Both the position numbers and the translations under genes were made by a program. The notes under the pieces are model-generated. The model made no database searches, was not told the DNA's origin, and saw only the letters and a list, made by a program, of their open reading frames with translations. A stretch of 63,047 nucleotides of DNA, filler included, from Sphacelaria rigidula (lineage: Eukaryota): the NCBI GenBank assembly GCA_964200075.2. It is 11 parts of 11 records of this genome, joined end to end, with 100 filler letters (N's around TTAATTAATTAA, not from the genome) between each part and the next. Parts side by side here need not be neighbours in the genome. Positions count along the whole stretch, not along the records: positions 11,483 to 17,123 come from CAXNAA020025637.1; positions 17,224 to 22,864 come from CAXNAA020025638.1; positions 22,965 to 28,605 come from CAXNAA020025639.1; 8 more parts are not named here. One strand, 5' to 3'. Position 1 is the stretch's first letter, and each line of letters opens with the position of its first letter. This document shows, piece after piece, positions 11,483 to 24,541 of the stretch.

Positions 11483-14400
11483 CAACAAAGGAGGACGCCC
11501 CCCCCCCTCACCCCCGTCAGTCCGGCCCGGCGAAAACCTGGCGTGCTCCGTCCCGGCTTTGTAGGGACGGACCCCCGATGGGGTTGGCGTCGGTTGGCGA
11601 TGATGCTGTAAAACACGCCACTCACTGCGTAGGCTAGGCAACCAGGTTAGCGAATTTGTTTTGCGCGCTCACGTTTCTTTTGCGGTAACCATGATGGTGG
11701 TGGAGCTACACCATTTTGTGCGGGGTGGGAGAACCTCACTTCCGGGCAATGGGGATGGTCATCCCACGTAGTGTTTGAATGGCGAGACACCCATGAGGCA
11801 GTGCGTAAGCCGTGGCTATCTATGAAAGTGGCGATACCGAAAAATGAAGCAACTTATTCGAGGCTGCCATCCAAATGCGAGATAATGAGTACGCTTCGGG
11901 AAAAAAAATCTTAGCAGGATGCAGCTCACCCTTTTTTCAGGAGTTGGACCAACTTCTATGGCGACACAAATCTTGATCCGTATGCAGATCGGAGGATCTG
12001 AGATTCACCTTTAGCGGACCCCAATATGGCCCAAATCGGGAGACCTCAGATCTGGGACTTTTTTTTTCGCCCCATTTCTCTAATCTGCGATACAGGTCGG
12101 GGAAATATTGACGCCCCCCCAATCTGTAGGAAGGTGACGTACATACAGTAACGTACGAAGAAAGGGCAAGATGCATTTGATCATTTTGAAGCTGCAGCAG
12201 CATAGTGTCTCGTGACAGCACAGACCGTGCCTACCCGCGCCAGCTGCTGGAACAGCTTCGTAGCAGGGGTAGCGCGCACGGGGTTTGGCAAGTGGATAAG
12301 AAGTGTTGACGCCGTACCCTGCAGCGATGGTAATATACTGCATTGCACTGCCATACATATCACCGTAACGAACGGGGCTGTACCACCCTACTGTCTGTTG
12401 TCGTTGTACTTGCAGGGTGATGTACGGCACTGCATTCGCATTACACTGTTCTCGCGCACTGCTCTCGCAATACTGACTGCGCCATAATGTATTATCGCAC
12501 GGCATTATCGTGTACGGTGATTGTGGAGTGTACCGCACTTTATTACCCTGGGACACCGCGGTACGACACTGTACTTGAAGGATGATTCATTGCCTGCCTG
12601 TCCTTCGTCTTCACTAGTGAGCGATACCACAACCCTGCGGAGAACTACCCTCTGTTTACAGAACCATTTCAACAAATCTGTGAACCCATAATGGCCCCCC
12701 GGCAAATTTGATCTTCGCAAGAATGAATCACTCCGATTTTTCACAGATTCGGGTCTCTGCAGAGTCGGTACTCGTCCCCATAAGACTAGTCCCCAAAACT
12801 GAAAGATTGACACCACTTTTGTATCATCAATATGCGGCAAGTAGCGGAAGCAACCAAAAAAACTACAACAGAAAGTTGGAGCGATTTGAACTTCACGAAA
12901 AAAAAAGAAAATATCATAACTGGATGAAAACAAAAAAAAACGATGGGTGCTTCCTTGAAGATTTTTCAACTTGCGTGCAGAACGCCCTCGTAATATCTCG
13001 GCTCAACGCTCCTTATTTTGGGCAGGATATTACACTTTTTGTGACGCCGCTGCTTCCATTCATCTAACTGGTATATGAGACGTCCACAAGGCCGGAATGT
13101 CACGAGTTCGAAAACCGGAAGATCCTTTTTTTTTGTCGAACAGAACCTGATTCCGTCGTTGAGGTAATATATTATGCAGCATATTTTCTCTTCGTTTTTT
13201 TAAGCGGCAGAGCGTGCATGACCAGCTTGGCCTGCAGTTCACAGCGATATAGTCACTGTATATGGGGCTGGTTCGGAAAACTGACAAAATCATCGCGTGT
13301 AGGAAGAATGCGGGTATTATGGCTGGCTCAGCCCGTACTCGACCTTTATCTCTGCACAAAACTCAACAAGATTGCATTGTTTGAGATATGTGTGTTCATG
13401 GGCTTCATTTCGCCTCGTTAGCTCGCTACAGCCCGGGAGAGTAGTAGAGCTCGACGAAGATGAAACGTGCTAAGCATCGTTTTTTTCAAAAGCACCAAGC
13501 AAGCGTGGATGTATGCCTTCAAAAGTGACGTACAAATACCACGACAGAGAAGGAGGCCACAATGCACGGAGTCGCACGCACAAGAGAGATACAGACAGAG
13601 AGAGAGAGGGATAATTGTCTTGCCGTGTGCTTTTGTGTGTTGACTGTTACTTGGTTGCCTTTCCCATTTTACCTCATATCTTGTTTTCTCTTCTTTTGTG
13701 TTTTTATTTTAACTAGTTCTTCTTCGTTCCCCTCCTTCCCGTTTCTACTTAGTTTTGGTTTTGGTTCCCTTTTCTGTGTTAAGTCGAGTCCGTATGTTCC
13801 GTCTTCTTTTTTTGTTCTCCTTTGCTTTTCGTTGGCGAGCGTTTCAGTTTTGTTCACCTTGCGTACGTCTATCTTATGAATAATGACCATTGCTGGGTCT
13901 GTCCGGGATCAGTTAATGTGCGTCACTCCATCAAATCAGCCAAGCCCTCTGTCATGGTCCGTCCTGTACACTGGGTGTACCGCAAGATACGTCAGCCCTA
14001 GCAAGCCAGTAGGCACTACATGCACTCTCTGCTCGGCGCTGATCAACGCGAGCCATCCAGAACTACATCACGGCAACCGGCTGTAGCAGCCCAGCTGTGC
14101 AAAACGAAATGGGAGTCAGCATTGGGACGGGTACGGTCTTTTCTGCCGGGTTACGTTCCGTCTTGGCTGCATGACAGCACACGACGACGATGATGATATA
14201 GCGGTATTGTCTCTGGCCCCTTCTGCAAAGCTGCATCACCCGAATGGAGACGAATGCCAACCCTGGCCAGCACAATCCCACGGCGAGTACATGATGCTCG
14301 AAGCAAATATTGAGTACACCACCCCGCGCACTAGTGGCGGGGGGGGGAGGGAGGGCGGGGGGGGGGCGTACCCATTTGATGCTTGCCTTAGTCGCTTGCC

Positions 14401-17123
14401 CAGTGACCACGCCCCCCGCCCCGGCCCCGGCACCGCCCCCNNNNNNNNNNGGGAGGGGGGGAGGAAGCGGGCGAGCCGGCGGCTCGGGGGTGGAGGGGGG
14501 GGGGGGGGGGGGCGGGGGGGGGGTGGTCGTACTCATTTGATGCTTGCCTTAGTCGTTTGACCATTGACCACGCATCCCGTTCGAGACGGGGCACCGTCCC
14601 TACGCCTAATAGAGACACCTCCAACATTTAGGCGCTCATTACGTTTCTTCCATACATCACACAAAAACTTTTACATCTCTTTATCCCCGTCCCTTGTGGA
14701 TGGAAAATCACGTGTGGGTACCGCTGCGGCACTGTACTGTGCTGCGGTAGCGGGCCCCAGAAGGCCAGCGAAGACATGTGTGACCGATTGCATACCAAGA
14801 AGATGTTTGTACTGCATGGAGTACATGTAGAACTATCTGACGTAGCGGGTCTGGTAGAGAAGAAAATTCACGAACTTGAGTGTATGTGGTTTAACCCGTA
14901 CCAAGGGATGGTAGCATCTCTCGATAACCTCACCACCCCCTGCTTTCGTCCTAATAAATTAAACGAAGTGGCGGGAAACTACCATAACAGCGGTGCGAGG
15001 CCTTGGCAAGCAGCTGTGTTAGCTGCAGCGATCATGTACACGACATAGACAACTGGTTTGGCGAGCTGATGTTTTCCCACACCCCAAATATAGGCTGCGA
15101 CGCGGTCTTCAGGTACCTCCAAAAATCGACCGCCTCACAGGTGTTTTTAGTCACCGCACCAATTCGATCTTTCTGGTTTGACGAACCCTACTTGCGGAAG
15201 TCTGACTACGTCTGGCAGCCTAGATACTTGGATTTAGAGTGCTCGGTCCTTGCCTTCCCTCCCCCCTGCTAAATTTGTGCTCACAAACATATAGGTGTGA
15301 TGCAATGACTTGAGCCTTTGCCCCTACTAATGATCTCTCTGCTTTTCAGAAATGTTTTGTTAAAAAAAAAAATCTCGACTTTTTGGGAAGCACTTTTGCT
15401 CTCGAGAAGACAGGTTTCCCCTCGTAGCTCTTGGGGGAACATCGAAATCGGACCACATGGCGAATCACGACACATGCGGTACAGGTGGATCTGAGGTACA
15501 ACCACACAATGACGTTGTTTTAAACCTACTGACTTTTTCAGGCTAGTCAAAGCATGGATCGAGCCGTAGCTGTTAGTCACTTGAGAATGATGCCCTCGGG
15601 TTGAGTCGAATTCGGCTATAACTGAACGAAGCACGATGATCTGTGTTAGAGGTGGCCCATATGAAACACAACCACACGATCAACAACTACATTTTCGGTA
15701 GCGTTTTCGGTATGCACACGGCCGCACGTCCTCCAATAATATTGATCAGATAACCGAACAATAAAGACGACTGTGTGCAGATGAACAAGTACCAGCACCA
15801 CACGTGATGCGCTTTTGCTGCAGGGTGCCTGCGCTTGTTTGTTTGGGCTCATATATATAAACTAGGCCGGCTACGCGCCGCTCACCTTTCTACGTTAGGA
15901 TCTGAAAAATTGACACGTAGTGATCAAGAAATTCGCGGACACATTCCGCCCCCTCTAAAAAACGTTTATATTGCCAAGATACGCCAACCAATCCCCCCCC
16001 CCCCCCCCCCCCCCCGATGAATGGAGAGTTGGAGGTAAACCGGCGACAAAAACGAGAGGAGAGGAAGGGTTGAAGGAATGTGTAGTAAAGTTCCCTGCAC
16101 ACCGCGTGTCAACATTTCAGGTCCCAAAACTCGAAAACGTGAGCTGCGCGTGGATGGATTTTTTAGCTGCCTTTGCCGTGGGGAAAAAGTACGGAGATGG
16201 GCGTTGCGAATAAGCCCAGCGAGAAATCTACATGTATACGCCGTACTTGTCGAAGTCAATCACAGGAGGCGAGGGTGTTGTCCCGTCGCTTGCCGTTCGG
16301 CGTGTGCGTAGCCATGACGCGGCGCACGCGAGCCAGTTGTGTCAAGAACGAGACGCTACTGGTTTGTGCTGGGAGCCACAAACTTTACTCTGTCGTTTCT
16401 CATTGATCAGTTGTCCTTCTCAGTCAACGAACTTGAGTGACTCGGCCTGCGTGCCTGGGTCGGTCGATTTCAGCCGCGCCTTTACTTCGAGATCAATCGC
16501 ACTAGAAGTCGAGTTATGGGAGTTATGGCCATCTGGTACAGTGAGAGACTCTCGGCTGACCCAGGTTATAGGCGTCAGATATTTCAGACATGTCCTTGTG
16601 CTGTTTCATCAGATATCCAGACCTGTTTGGACCTACTTCCAGCTCAAACCGATCTAGGGGAGAAATGGGCGCGTGCGCGTTCTCGGCAAGTCGACACACC
16701 AAAACAAACCACCCTCCCCTCTTCCACATCGAGGAACCCACGTAGTAGCTGTAATGATAGTCCTCAACATTCGGTAGACCACAGGTGGGACCCAGAGTAA
16801 GTATTGGAAGTAGGGTGCGTACCGTTGGGTATCCTGGGTCTTGAACGCTGTTGGAGTACCCGGTACGCCATGGTACGAAAGTTATCGACGGCCGAAAATA
16901 CGCAATATCCCAGCATGTGCAGGGTAACTACTGCGGAAAATATTCAGTGTTGAGAGGTATGGACTACGTGGAATACTAAAAGCCCCCGGGTGTGTGCAGG
17001 ATATTGAGTACCGAACGAACTATGAACCTCAAGATACCTCGGGTAGACCCCACCCCCCCCCACCCCCCCCACACCACCACCAACACACCCCACCTCAACA
17101 AACGAACAAAAACCAAAAAAACA

Positions 17124-17223
17124 NNNNNNNNNNNNNNNNNNNNNNNNNNNNNNNNNNNNNNNNNNNNTTAATTAATTAANNNNNNNNNNNNNNNNNNNNN
17201 NNNNNNNNNNNNNNNNNNNNNNN
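17124..17223. other. Artificial contig linker
   Basis: N44-TTAATTAATTAA-N44. Confidence 0.99.
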
Positions 17224-17269
17224 CTGATTATCTTGCATTTGGATTATAGCCTACAATAAGATGCTCTAT

Positions 17270-17330
17270 TTTCTGGCATCGCCATTTCCAGAGGCAGCCA
17301 CGGCTTATGCACTGCCTCATGGGTGCGTCA
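17270..17330 (+). repeat. Dispersed repeat fragment
   Basis: CTGGCATCGCCATTTCCAGAGGCAGCCACGGCTTATGCACTGCCTCATGGGTG; similar at 28706-28760 and 33147-33205. Confidence 0.7.
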
Positions 17331-18021
17331 CCAAAAGAGACAAGGGGGGGGGGAGGGCGATGTTTTTTTGTAGCAAAACGATTCGTAGCACAATTCAGCC
17401 AAGGGTACTATAGATTCGGAAAGTAACTGCAACGAGATATATGAGGTGGGGAAGAACGATGTCTTTACTATTTTCGGTGGGAACGACAACTGATTGCATG
17501 TGGGGGAAAAGTATTCCCTCTCTATGCAGGTATAAATGCCATTGAATAGCAATACGTAGAGTAAGAAAAATGATGCTCGAGAAAGAAGCCATTGGTATCG
17601 AACTGTTCTTAGTGTTTCGTCGATGTATGCCTGTAACTCCAGGGACCAGCAGTGTCCAGGACATGAACGAATAATGCCACGGTAGGGGTGCACGAATAAT
17701 TTCTGAGGTCAGAAATGTTAGGAGCCCTTTATCTCATTCAAACCAAGACTTATGAAATAAGTGAGAGAGTACGCCAGGGTTACGATTTCAATGTGCTGGG
17801 GGATATCCCGAATGAATTGGCAAACGGGGATGCCCTGGCCCATATTCTTGTGCATCTGGAATCGTTAGGAGCCCCTGAACCAGACAAGATTTCGCGCAAA
17901 AGTGCTCGAACGTACTCTTTCATGCCGTTGCACAAAGCGCTCCACGGGTCGGACGAAGTAGTGATTCGTCTGGCAATTACTTCATTTCAGTTTCGTTGAT
18001 TTGTACAGTATGAATCAACCC

Positions 18022-18180
18022 TTAGGCTTTGTTTTTAGCGTTGCAACCCAGGTACGCGCAGCCTAGGCACGTGGAATAGCGCAAAAGTTGCGTGGAGATC
18101 TTTTTGACCAGAGGTAGACTATTTTTCTCTTTTTTCGAGCATTCAGGCCTGAAAAATTGTGGGATTTGGTTCGAACTTTG
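18022..18180 (+). repeat. Dispersed repeat (MITE-like fragment)
   Basis: GCTTTGTTTTTAGCGTTGCA...GGCACGTGGAATAGCGCAA; similar at ~29742-29900 and ~58604-58720. Confidence 0.7.
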
Positions 18181-18504
18181 CGACGACTCGTCCGAACCGT
18201 GAAGCATCCCATAAAAGGCATGCGTACCTGCAGGTCGAAACAGGTCGCGTCTCGTAGAGGAATGCCCGTTTCTTCTTCTCTCTCGTACATGACGGGGTGC
18301 TTGCCCAAACCTTTCTCCCTCGCTCTGTCGCCCAATGACTCGCAGCGGCCCATGACAGCTCCGAGTTTGTTGTCACTCGGGGGCACCCCTTTGCCGATGC
18401 GATCGCTTTCCTATACGGGGTTCATTGAATGTGTGCGTACAGTATCAACCATGGCTGTCTATGGTATTATTTGCCACTACTTACTATTATTTATCGCACT
18501 TTGA

Positions 18505-18790
18505 ACCCCTTCTCTTTCTCGCCATGAGTGTGTGGTCTCAAGGGATCACCCCATCTCTCCCCCGGTACACGCCTTGCATTTTTGGTCTCGCGGATTGGGT
18601 TAGTATTCCCTCACCGCGTCGACTCACGTCAAACAAACTCAGTCGGTTACTTCGTTTACTCACGTTCTCACGCTTCTAACCACGGTATGAAAATCAGACA
18701 TCACGAAGAAAGAACCCAACGCATCGGGAATCTAACCCTCGTTCCCTCCACCCTGACGGCGACAGTCGGACCATTACACCACCGGGGCGC
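18505..18790 (-). mobile_element. tRNA-derived SINE family 2
   Basis: Minus-strand head GCGCCCCGGTGGTGTAATGG (A box) ... GGTTAGATTCC (B box). The body is shared with 22965-23103(-) and ~26410-26600(-). Confidence 0.75.
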
Positions 18791-20826
18791 ATAGTGTCAA
18801 CCGAAAGGCCCATGTTCCCGAACACTTCAACAGGGATTTGCTCAAATAATCCCGGCAATACATCAGATACGTCTGATTTTGCAATGTAAGTTGTTACTCT
18901 GCACTTAGTGGTTAAACCCAAATCAGATTCGGCGCAGGTGAATGCTCGGTGCAGGCGAATGCTGCCTATCCTACCAAAACTGTTGTCCCTGCCCTCCTGG
19001 ACTGGACAAATATATTGACATGGTAATTTCCCCCGCAGCGAGTATTAAAGATGTATTGCTCGGCAGCGGTGTACACGATCAGAGCAGAAAAACATCCTAG
19101 TCAAACTCTCTTACCTTGGTGTACATGAACGCCCAGTCCATTCCGGTTGCTACAGGATCCACGCGAGGCACTTTCCGATATACCTACGGCGCATCGAGGT
19201 TGTGATGGATACGGAAGAGACGACCGGAGTCGGTAGCACTGTCGTACGATCAAACGTGTTTTCCCCACAGCGAAGAAAGTGTAGCATTTTATCGTCAGAC
19301 CCTACAAACATTTACCGCTGGTACACACGTGATGAAAGGAGCTACTTTCTGCCAGCCGCTAGGTCGCCGTAGACTATCATTTTTCGCGCAGTGATGGATG
19401 TGCATCCCGATGGTTTATGCTTCGAACTTTAATAACCTTCCTCCGATGAGGTCTATATTCTGGGATCGAAAAGGGTCATCCGCACAAAAGGTGGGAAGGG
19501 TGGATGGACACACGCCCTCTCGGTGACATCGCTCTAGAAAGACAGATGAAAAAAAAACTACCCGGATTGAAATGCGGTGGATGGAGGATGCAGCGGACCC
19601 TGTGGATTAAAATTGACTCCACCTGCTGCTGTCGACATGATGAGACACAAACCTCACCGGTGGAGCGTCAAACTGCCGAACGTGGTTGACGGAAGTGCCG
19701 ATCCGAGAGCTGGTTGTGGTGAAGAAAGGATTAGGCGACTCCTTTATCTGTCTCAGTTGTTGCAGAAAGTCGGAGCCCACACGGGCGTAGTCAAGGGTAG
19801 GTGGCATAGTGAGTTGCCATGACGAAGAACTTATCGCTGCATACGGACGGGGCTGTCATTGACTGCACGTACAGCAGCTACCTACAGGTTGGTCTCTACG
19901 AAATATATCACGTAGCGTCTGCGGCGAGCTTCCACTCCAGCGTCGACATTTACGACTTGAAAGTCTGAGGAGAGGGGTGTCCACAGACTATTCGAAGGCC
20001 TTGAACACCTGAGTTGTAGTTTTTTCGGAGTTTTTTTCACGGCAGGTCGCCTCATTCGACTTTGTCTCATTTGACTGAATTTTTTCAGGAATAAAGATCA
20101 TCCTATATTTCCCAGGGGAAAGAGGAGAAATAGAATCACTGGATTAAAGGCCGCGAAATGGTCGACGCACCCCTCTCGTCACGCTGGACTGCGAAGCGAT
20201 GGAACTGTCAGAACGACGGACGAATCAGAGTGCGCGGTGTACTTACTCCCGGGAGGTTTGTACGGTCACCGGGAACACACGTTTTGGGCGAGGTTTCGCT
20301 GCTGTGCGTGCTGCTTGCCCCAGGGACATTTTTGATATTTTTCGCCGGGACAAGCCTGTGGCTGAAAGATGTGTGGGAGGTCGTGGGAGGCAACCGTGCC
20401 GGTACTGTTGTGCACTCGGAGTCCTTTCAAAAGCCATTGAGGTGCAGGAAATGCGAGATACTTTACACGTGGAATGAACTACAATCGCCGAATTCCCACG
20501 GACTGGCAACCTGGGGAGGAGCCGGGCTCAGTGGTAGTGCTGTCTTGACCGCTGTGCGCAAGCTGCGCTACCTTAGAGCATCGTTGTGCTCAAGGGGTGC
20601 CGAGTTGGCACATTTGTGACAACAGTATTTTGGGCCTACGTTCAACCCTTATTCCACGATCTCACCCGAAATGTGAATATTATCTGTGTGCAATCGAACA
20701 CGATAGCGTGTCTTCATTTGTCGATTTTCCATTTCTCGTATAGCAATTAGTGACGTCGTCGTCGTGGGGCTTATAATTTGCTGATGCCTCAGATGACACT
20801 GGAAAAACATGCATACAATATGCTAA

Positions 20827-22000
20827 GGCCGCTCCTTATAGCAGACAAAAATATGTATGTGGAAAAGTGCCTTTTTGGAGCCTCTACGTCGTTTTACGCC
20901 CTAAAAGAGAGCTAGGCGTATTTTAACACCTTGGAATGAGGCCATGTCTTATCAAATTGTCTTCGTGTCGAAAACGTGCGGTCGAATTGAATTCGCTCGT
21001 TTCTGATTCGCCCTCGCTGTTTATCTTTTCAGATGGTTGAGAACATGGATGCCGTGGACGTATCAGGTACAAGTACGAGCAAATTCGATTCCACCGTACG
21101 ATTTCGAGTCGAAAACAATTTGATAAGGCTAGTGGAAAGCCACGGCTGACGCACGTGGTAGCAGTTCCGCAAGCATCCCGCGGCCGGTCTGGGGTGTGTG
21201 GAGGTTTTGAACAACATAGCAAAAAACAAACCAATGATCCTGGCACTAACAATAACATACGCGGCCATTTGACGACTCCCAAAAATACTCTGTTCCGGTA
21301 AAATTTTCGAGCCTCAGTAACTAAATGCCTCTAGAGGGTGCGCGGCCCTCCAGAGGGGTGGTATCAACTGCCTCCAGAGACTTATTTTGCCCCTGGAGGG
21401 CCGCGCATCCCCCCGGAGGAATTTGGAGGATGCGCGGCTCTCCAGAGCACCATCTTTTTTGTTACTCTCGAGGGATGTAGACCTTTGGAGTCACTGGAGC
21501 ATCAGATGCCCTCTAGAGGATTCTTTTATGACGGCACCTGGGGATGAAATACCCTCTAGAGGGTGGGAATTTTACTCTCGAGAGGATGAAAATCTTGATA
21601 AGACACGGCCTGACTTGCGATACTCGTTGAGACGGTTCCAACACACCTGTGCGTTTTCCCGGTGACCGCAGTTTCTTTCTTGCCCAGACTTGCATTTTTT
21701 CTCGGAGATAGCTCATTTATCTCGGAGATCGGTCAAGTCCACATGAATTCGCAAAGTTTTTCTGCACGTGACGGGTCTCCGAGAAAAATGAGCGATCTCC
21801 GAGAAAAATGCAAGTCTGGGCAACAAAAAAACTGTGGCAACGGGAAAACGCACAGGTGTGTTGGAACCGTCTCAACGAGTACAGCAAGGCATTTCAAGGT
21901 GTCAAAATACGCCTTGCTTTTTTTAGGACATAAAACGACTTAGAAGCTCCAAAAAGGCACTTTTCCAGATTTATATTTTTGCCTGCTATAAGGAGCGACC
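20827..22000. mobile_element. Non-autonomous DNA transposon with ~110-bp imperfect TIRs, containing a nested MITE
   Basis: 20827-20938 (GGCCGCTCCTTATAGCAG...GGAAAAGTGCCTTTTTGGAGC) is inverted at 21890-22000. Internal CCTCTAGAGG subrepeats at 21325-21580. No clean TSD. Confidence 0.75.
21623..21879. mobile_element. Tc1/mariner (Stowaway-like) MITE, 257 bp, TA TSD
   Basis: ~105-bp TIRs CTCGTTGAGACGGTTCCAACACACCTGTGCGTTTTCCCG... / ...CGGGAAAACGCACAGGTGTGTTGGAACCGTCTCAACGAG; TA on both sides. Confidence 0.9.
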
Positions 22001-22864
22001 CGATAACGTTGGAGTAACGGTTTTCGCACGAAAAATACAGTCCAAAAAAGTCTTGAACATTAGCTGCCGGCAAGACTAACTACACAGTTGAACATTCAAG
22101 ACATTGGTTCACGGTCGATAGATACGAAGACAATTGGAAGTTATTGCTTGTAATACTGTTGTAGGACTCAGGAATTAATTTACTGCGGTGTATGTAAAGA
22201 TAGTTTCCGTTTTGTCTACCTTGAGGGTTACGTGTATCTTGTGACCACGGTTGCATCCTTCGCTGTCACTTAATGTGCGAAAATCAAATAAAGAACCAAA
22301 TATATCAGTTCTTGTGTCAATTGTGCCTTGAAGAATGTTGTGGTGAAAAATCTAGGGCCTGACCACTTTTCAGATTTTGGAAGGTATACAAAATAACTTT
22401 TCCAGCGTCTGTCACTTGGCATCAGAACAATACGAGTAGGGTCTGGCTAATATAGCTCAATACAAGAAATCGAGAATTATTGATACAGGTCGGAAATGGT
22501 ACCAGGTATAAGTGACCATTATCATTATTGTGGTTACTTCGTATGATGTTAATGGTTCTATGTAGATTTTGGATAATGGGTTCGAACCATTAATTGCCGT
22601 TACCCGCTTAGTAAGCCGTTACCGGCTACGTATGGTACATACAGCACACAGGTGAAATAGACAATACGCAACATGCGGCAACAGTTCTCACTTTTTAATA
22701 AATTTGAAACGGACTACTTTTTGAAAAATCGAAATTCCAGGTTAAATACGCTATGATTTTGCTCTTGAAAATTGGTCCGAATCTCGCGAGTCATCCTACG
22801 ATAGGGGGGGGGTATTTGGTTGCACGAAAAAAGAGGCTCATAAGTGTGTCAGACATCCTTCCAC

Positions 22865-22964
22865 NNNNNNNNNNNNNNNNNNNNNNNNNNNNNNNNNNNN
22901 NNNNNNNNTTAATTAATTAANNNNNNNNNNNNNNNNNNNNNNNNNNNNNNNNNNNNNNNNNNNN
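22865..22964. other. Artificial contig linker
   Basis: N44-TTAATTAATTAA-N44. Confidence 0.99.
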
Positions 22965-23103
22965 TCACGTCACAAAAACCCAGTCGACTACTTCGTTTAC
23001 TCACGTTCTCACGCTTTCCACGGTGGAAATCATACATCGGGAATCGAACCCCCGTTCTCTACACCGTAATGGCGACAGCCGGACCATTACACCACCGGGG
23101 CGC
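22965..23103 (-). mobile_element. tRNA-derived SINE family 2, 5' part (cut by contig end)
   Basis: A box TGGTGTAATGG, canonical B box GGTTCGATTCC; matches 18636-18790. Confidence 0.75.
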
Positions 23104-23609
23104 GGCGGTGCAAATGCTCCCACTAAAATCCTCAATCAACTTGTCGCAGTGGCACACGCGCCGCCCTGCTCTTGGGAGTTGTGGAAGATGACATTCGAAC
23201 GGTGCGACACCGAAAGGGTGCCATGGTAGTATCCCCCCCGTGACCAAGGACTACAGCATGCGGTTGGTAGATAAAAGATGCTGCCATGTGCTCTCCAACG
23301 TATTTTTCCCATGAGTAGTCGGGACACGACTGTATGTTCGTTTTCGGATGTGGAGAGTAAGGTGGACACGGTTGAGCCTGACAAACAGATGCAGCTCCGG
23401 TCAGGCGCTCCCTCTCCTCGAAGCATAACAGAACTCCGAAGACGGAACAGACGATGATGACCCCGAGGTCAACGGCACACTCGTTCCAGAGGAACGTTTC
23501 CCAGATCCATGCGAGGGAGAAACGATATCCCAAAGCAGGTGTGCAGTAGAGTATGTCCCAGTTCGGGGGCATCATATCCGTGGTTGATATTACGTGGTTG
23601 AAGTATAAA

Positions 23610-23820
23610 CACCGTTATGCAGATCTTCAGTGGGGGACGACAATCCCATGTGCTTCCTAGGGTGCGCAGAACGCGTTTTTGTCGGAATCGGCGCCACATG
23701 CCTCGATCTGAGCTCTTCCAACGCACGCTTTGCCTGGGACTCCCTCTGCATCCCGCTGGCCCGAGGGTTCTCGGTTTGCGTCGGGCGGGGATCGGGGTCA
23801 GGGTAAGGGTGAGCGTTGCC
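23610..23820 (+). repeat. Diverged copy of the TTAGGG-containing MITE family
   Basis: CAGAACGCGTTTTTG...CCAACGCACGCTTTGCCT...CCCGAGGGTTCTCGGT...GGGTCAGGGTAAGGGTGAGCGTT, matching 52770-52920. Confidence 0.7.
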
Positions 23821-24191
23821 GTTGCTTCAAAATTGTGTCACCTTTGGATACAGTGGCCCCGAACTGGGACAAAGCCACCCCCACGCGTGTCGGCCTGTCT
23901 AGGCATGGGTGAACTGGGGAAACTCGCAGTACTTTGTCTGTGCTCTTCGTTTTCACGTCTTCGTTTTGTTTTTACGTGCGTAAGTTTCTCTCCTCGAATT
24001 GGCATGACAAAGCCGCGCCACTGATCCCACACACCACACACTCACCCCCCCCCGCCCCTCCTAAATACGCACACATTCACATGATCCTGTTTCCTCTCTG
24101 AAATATCGCCCTTTCCCTTATCCTGTACTGTACATGTTGTCCTTTCCGCCTCTTTTCTCGGCCCTCTCTTTTTTTTTTTTCAATTTCACAG

Positions 24192-24541
24192 GTGGTCGTG
24201 ACGGATCCGTCCGCCTGTGGTCGCGATCCTCCGCGGCCGCCGTGGACTCCAACGAAGGCGTCGTGTATCTCTACAATGAGGAAAACGACAGCCAATGTGG
24301 CGCGGGCGCGCACAAACGCCGGTCATTAACCTCCATGCTTCACGCATCAAGTAGCACCGCAGGCGGTGGCGGTGGAAGCGGCAGCCGCCAGGCAGAGAAG
24401 GTCGGGATGGGAGGGTGGTACCTTGCAAACATGATGCCGGGCGCCCATGGATCTTCTGAGTTTGTTACGTGTGCTGCGGGGCCTGGGGCGGCGGCGGGGG
24501 CGAGTGGAGGGTGGGTGGCGACTGGGGGGACAGATTGGTCG
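24192..24541 (+). CDS. Exon of a WD40-repeat protein gene (partial gene)
   Basis: Polypyrimidine tract + CACAG acceptor; (G)GRDGSVRLW...WVATGGTDWS; donor GTGAGA at 24542 in phase 0; splices in frame to the exon at 25875. Confidence 0.85.

Noticed and set aside
16020..16680. Possible DDE transposase remnant (RLVLD on the minus strand)
   Set aside because: Single weak motif, no TIRs.
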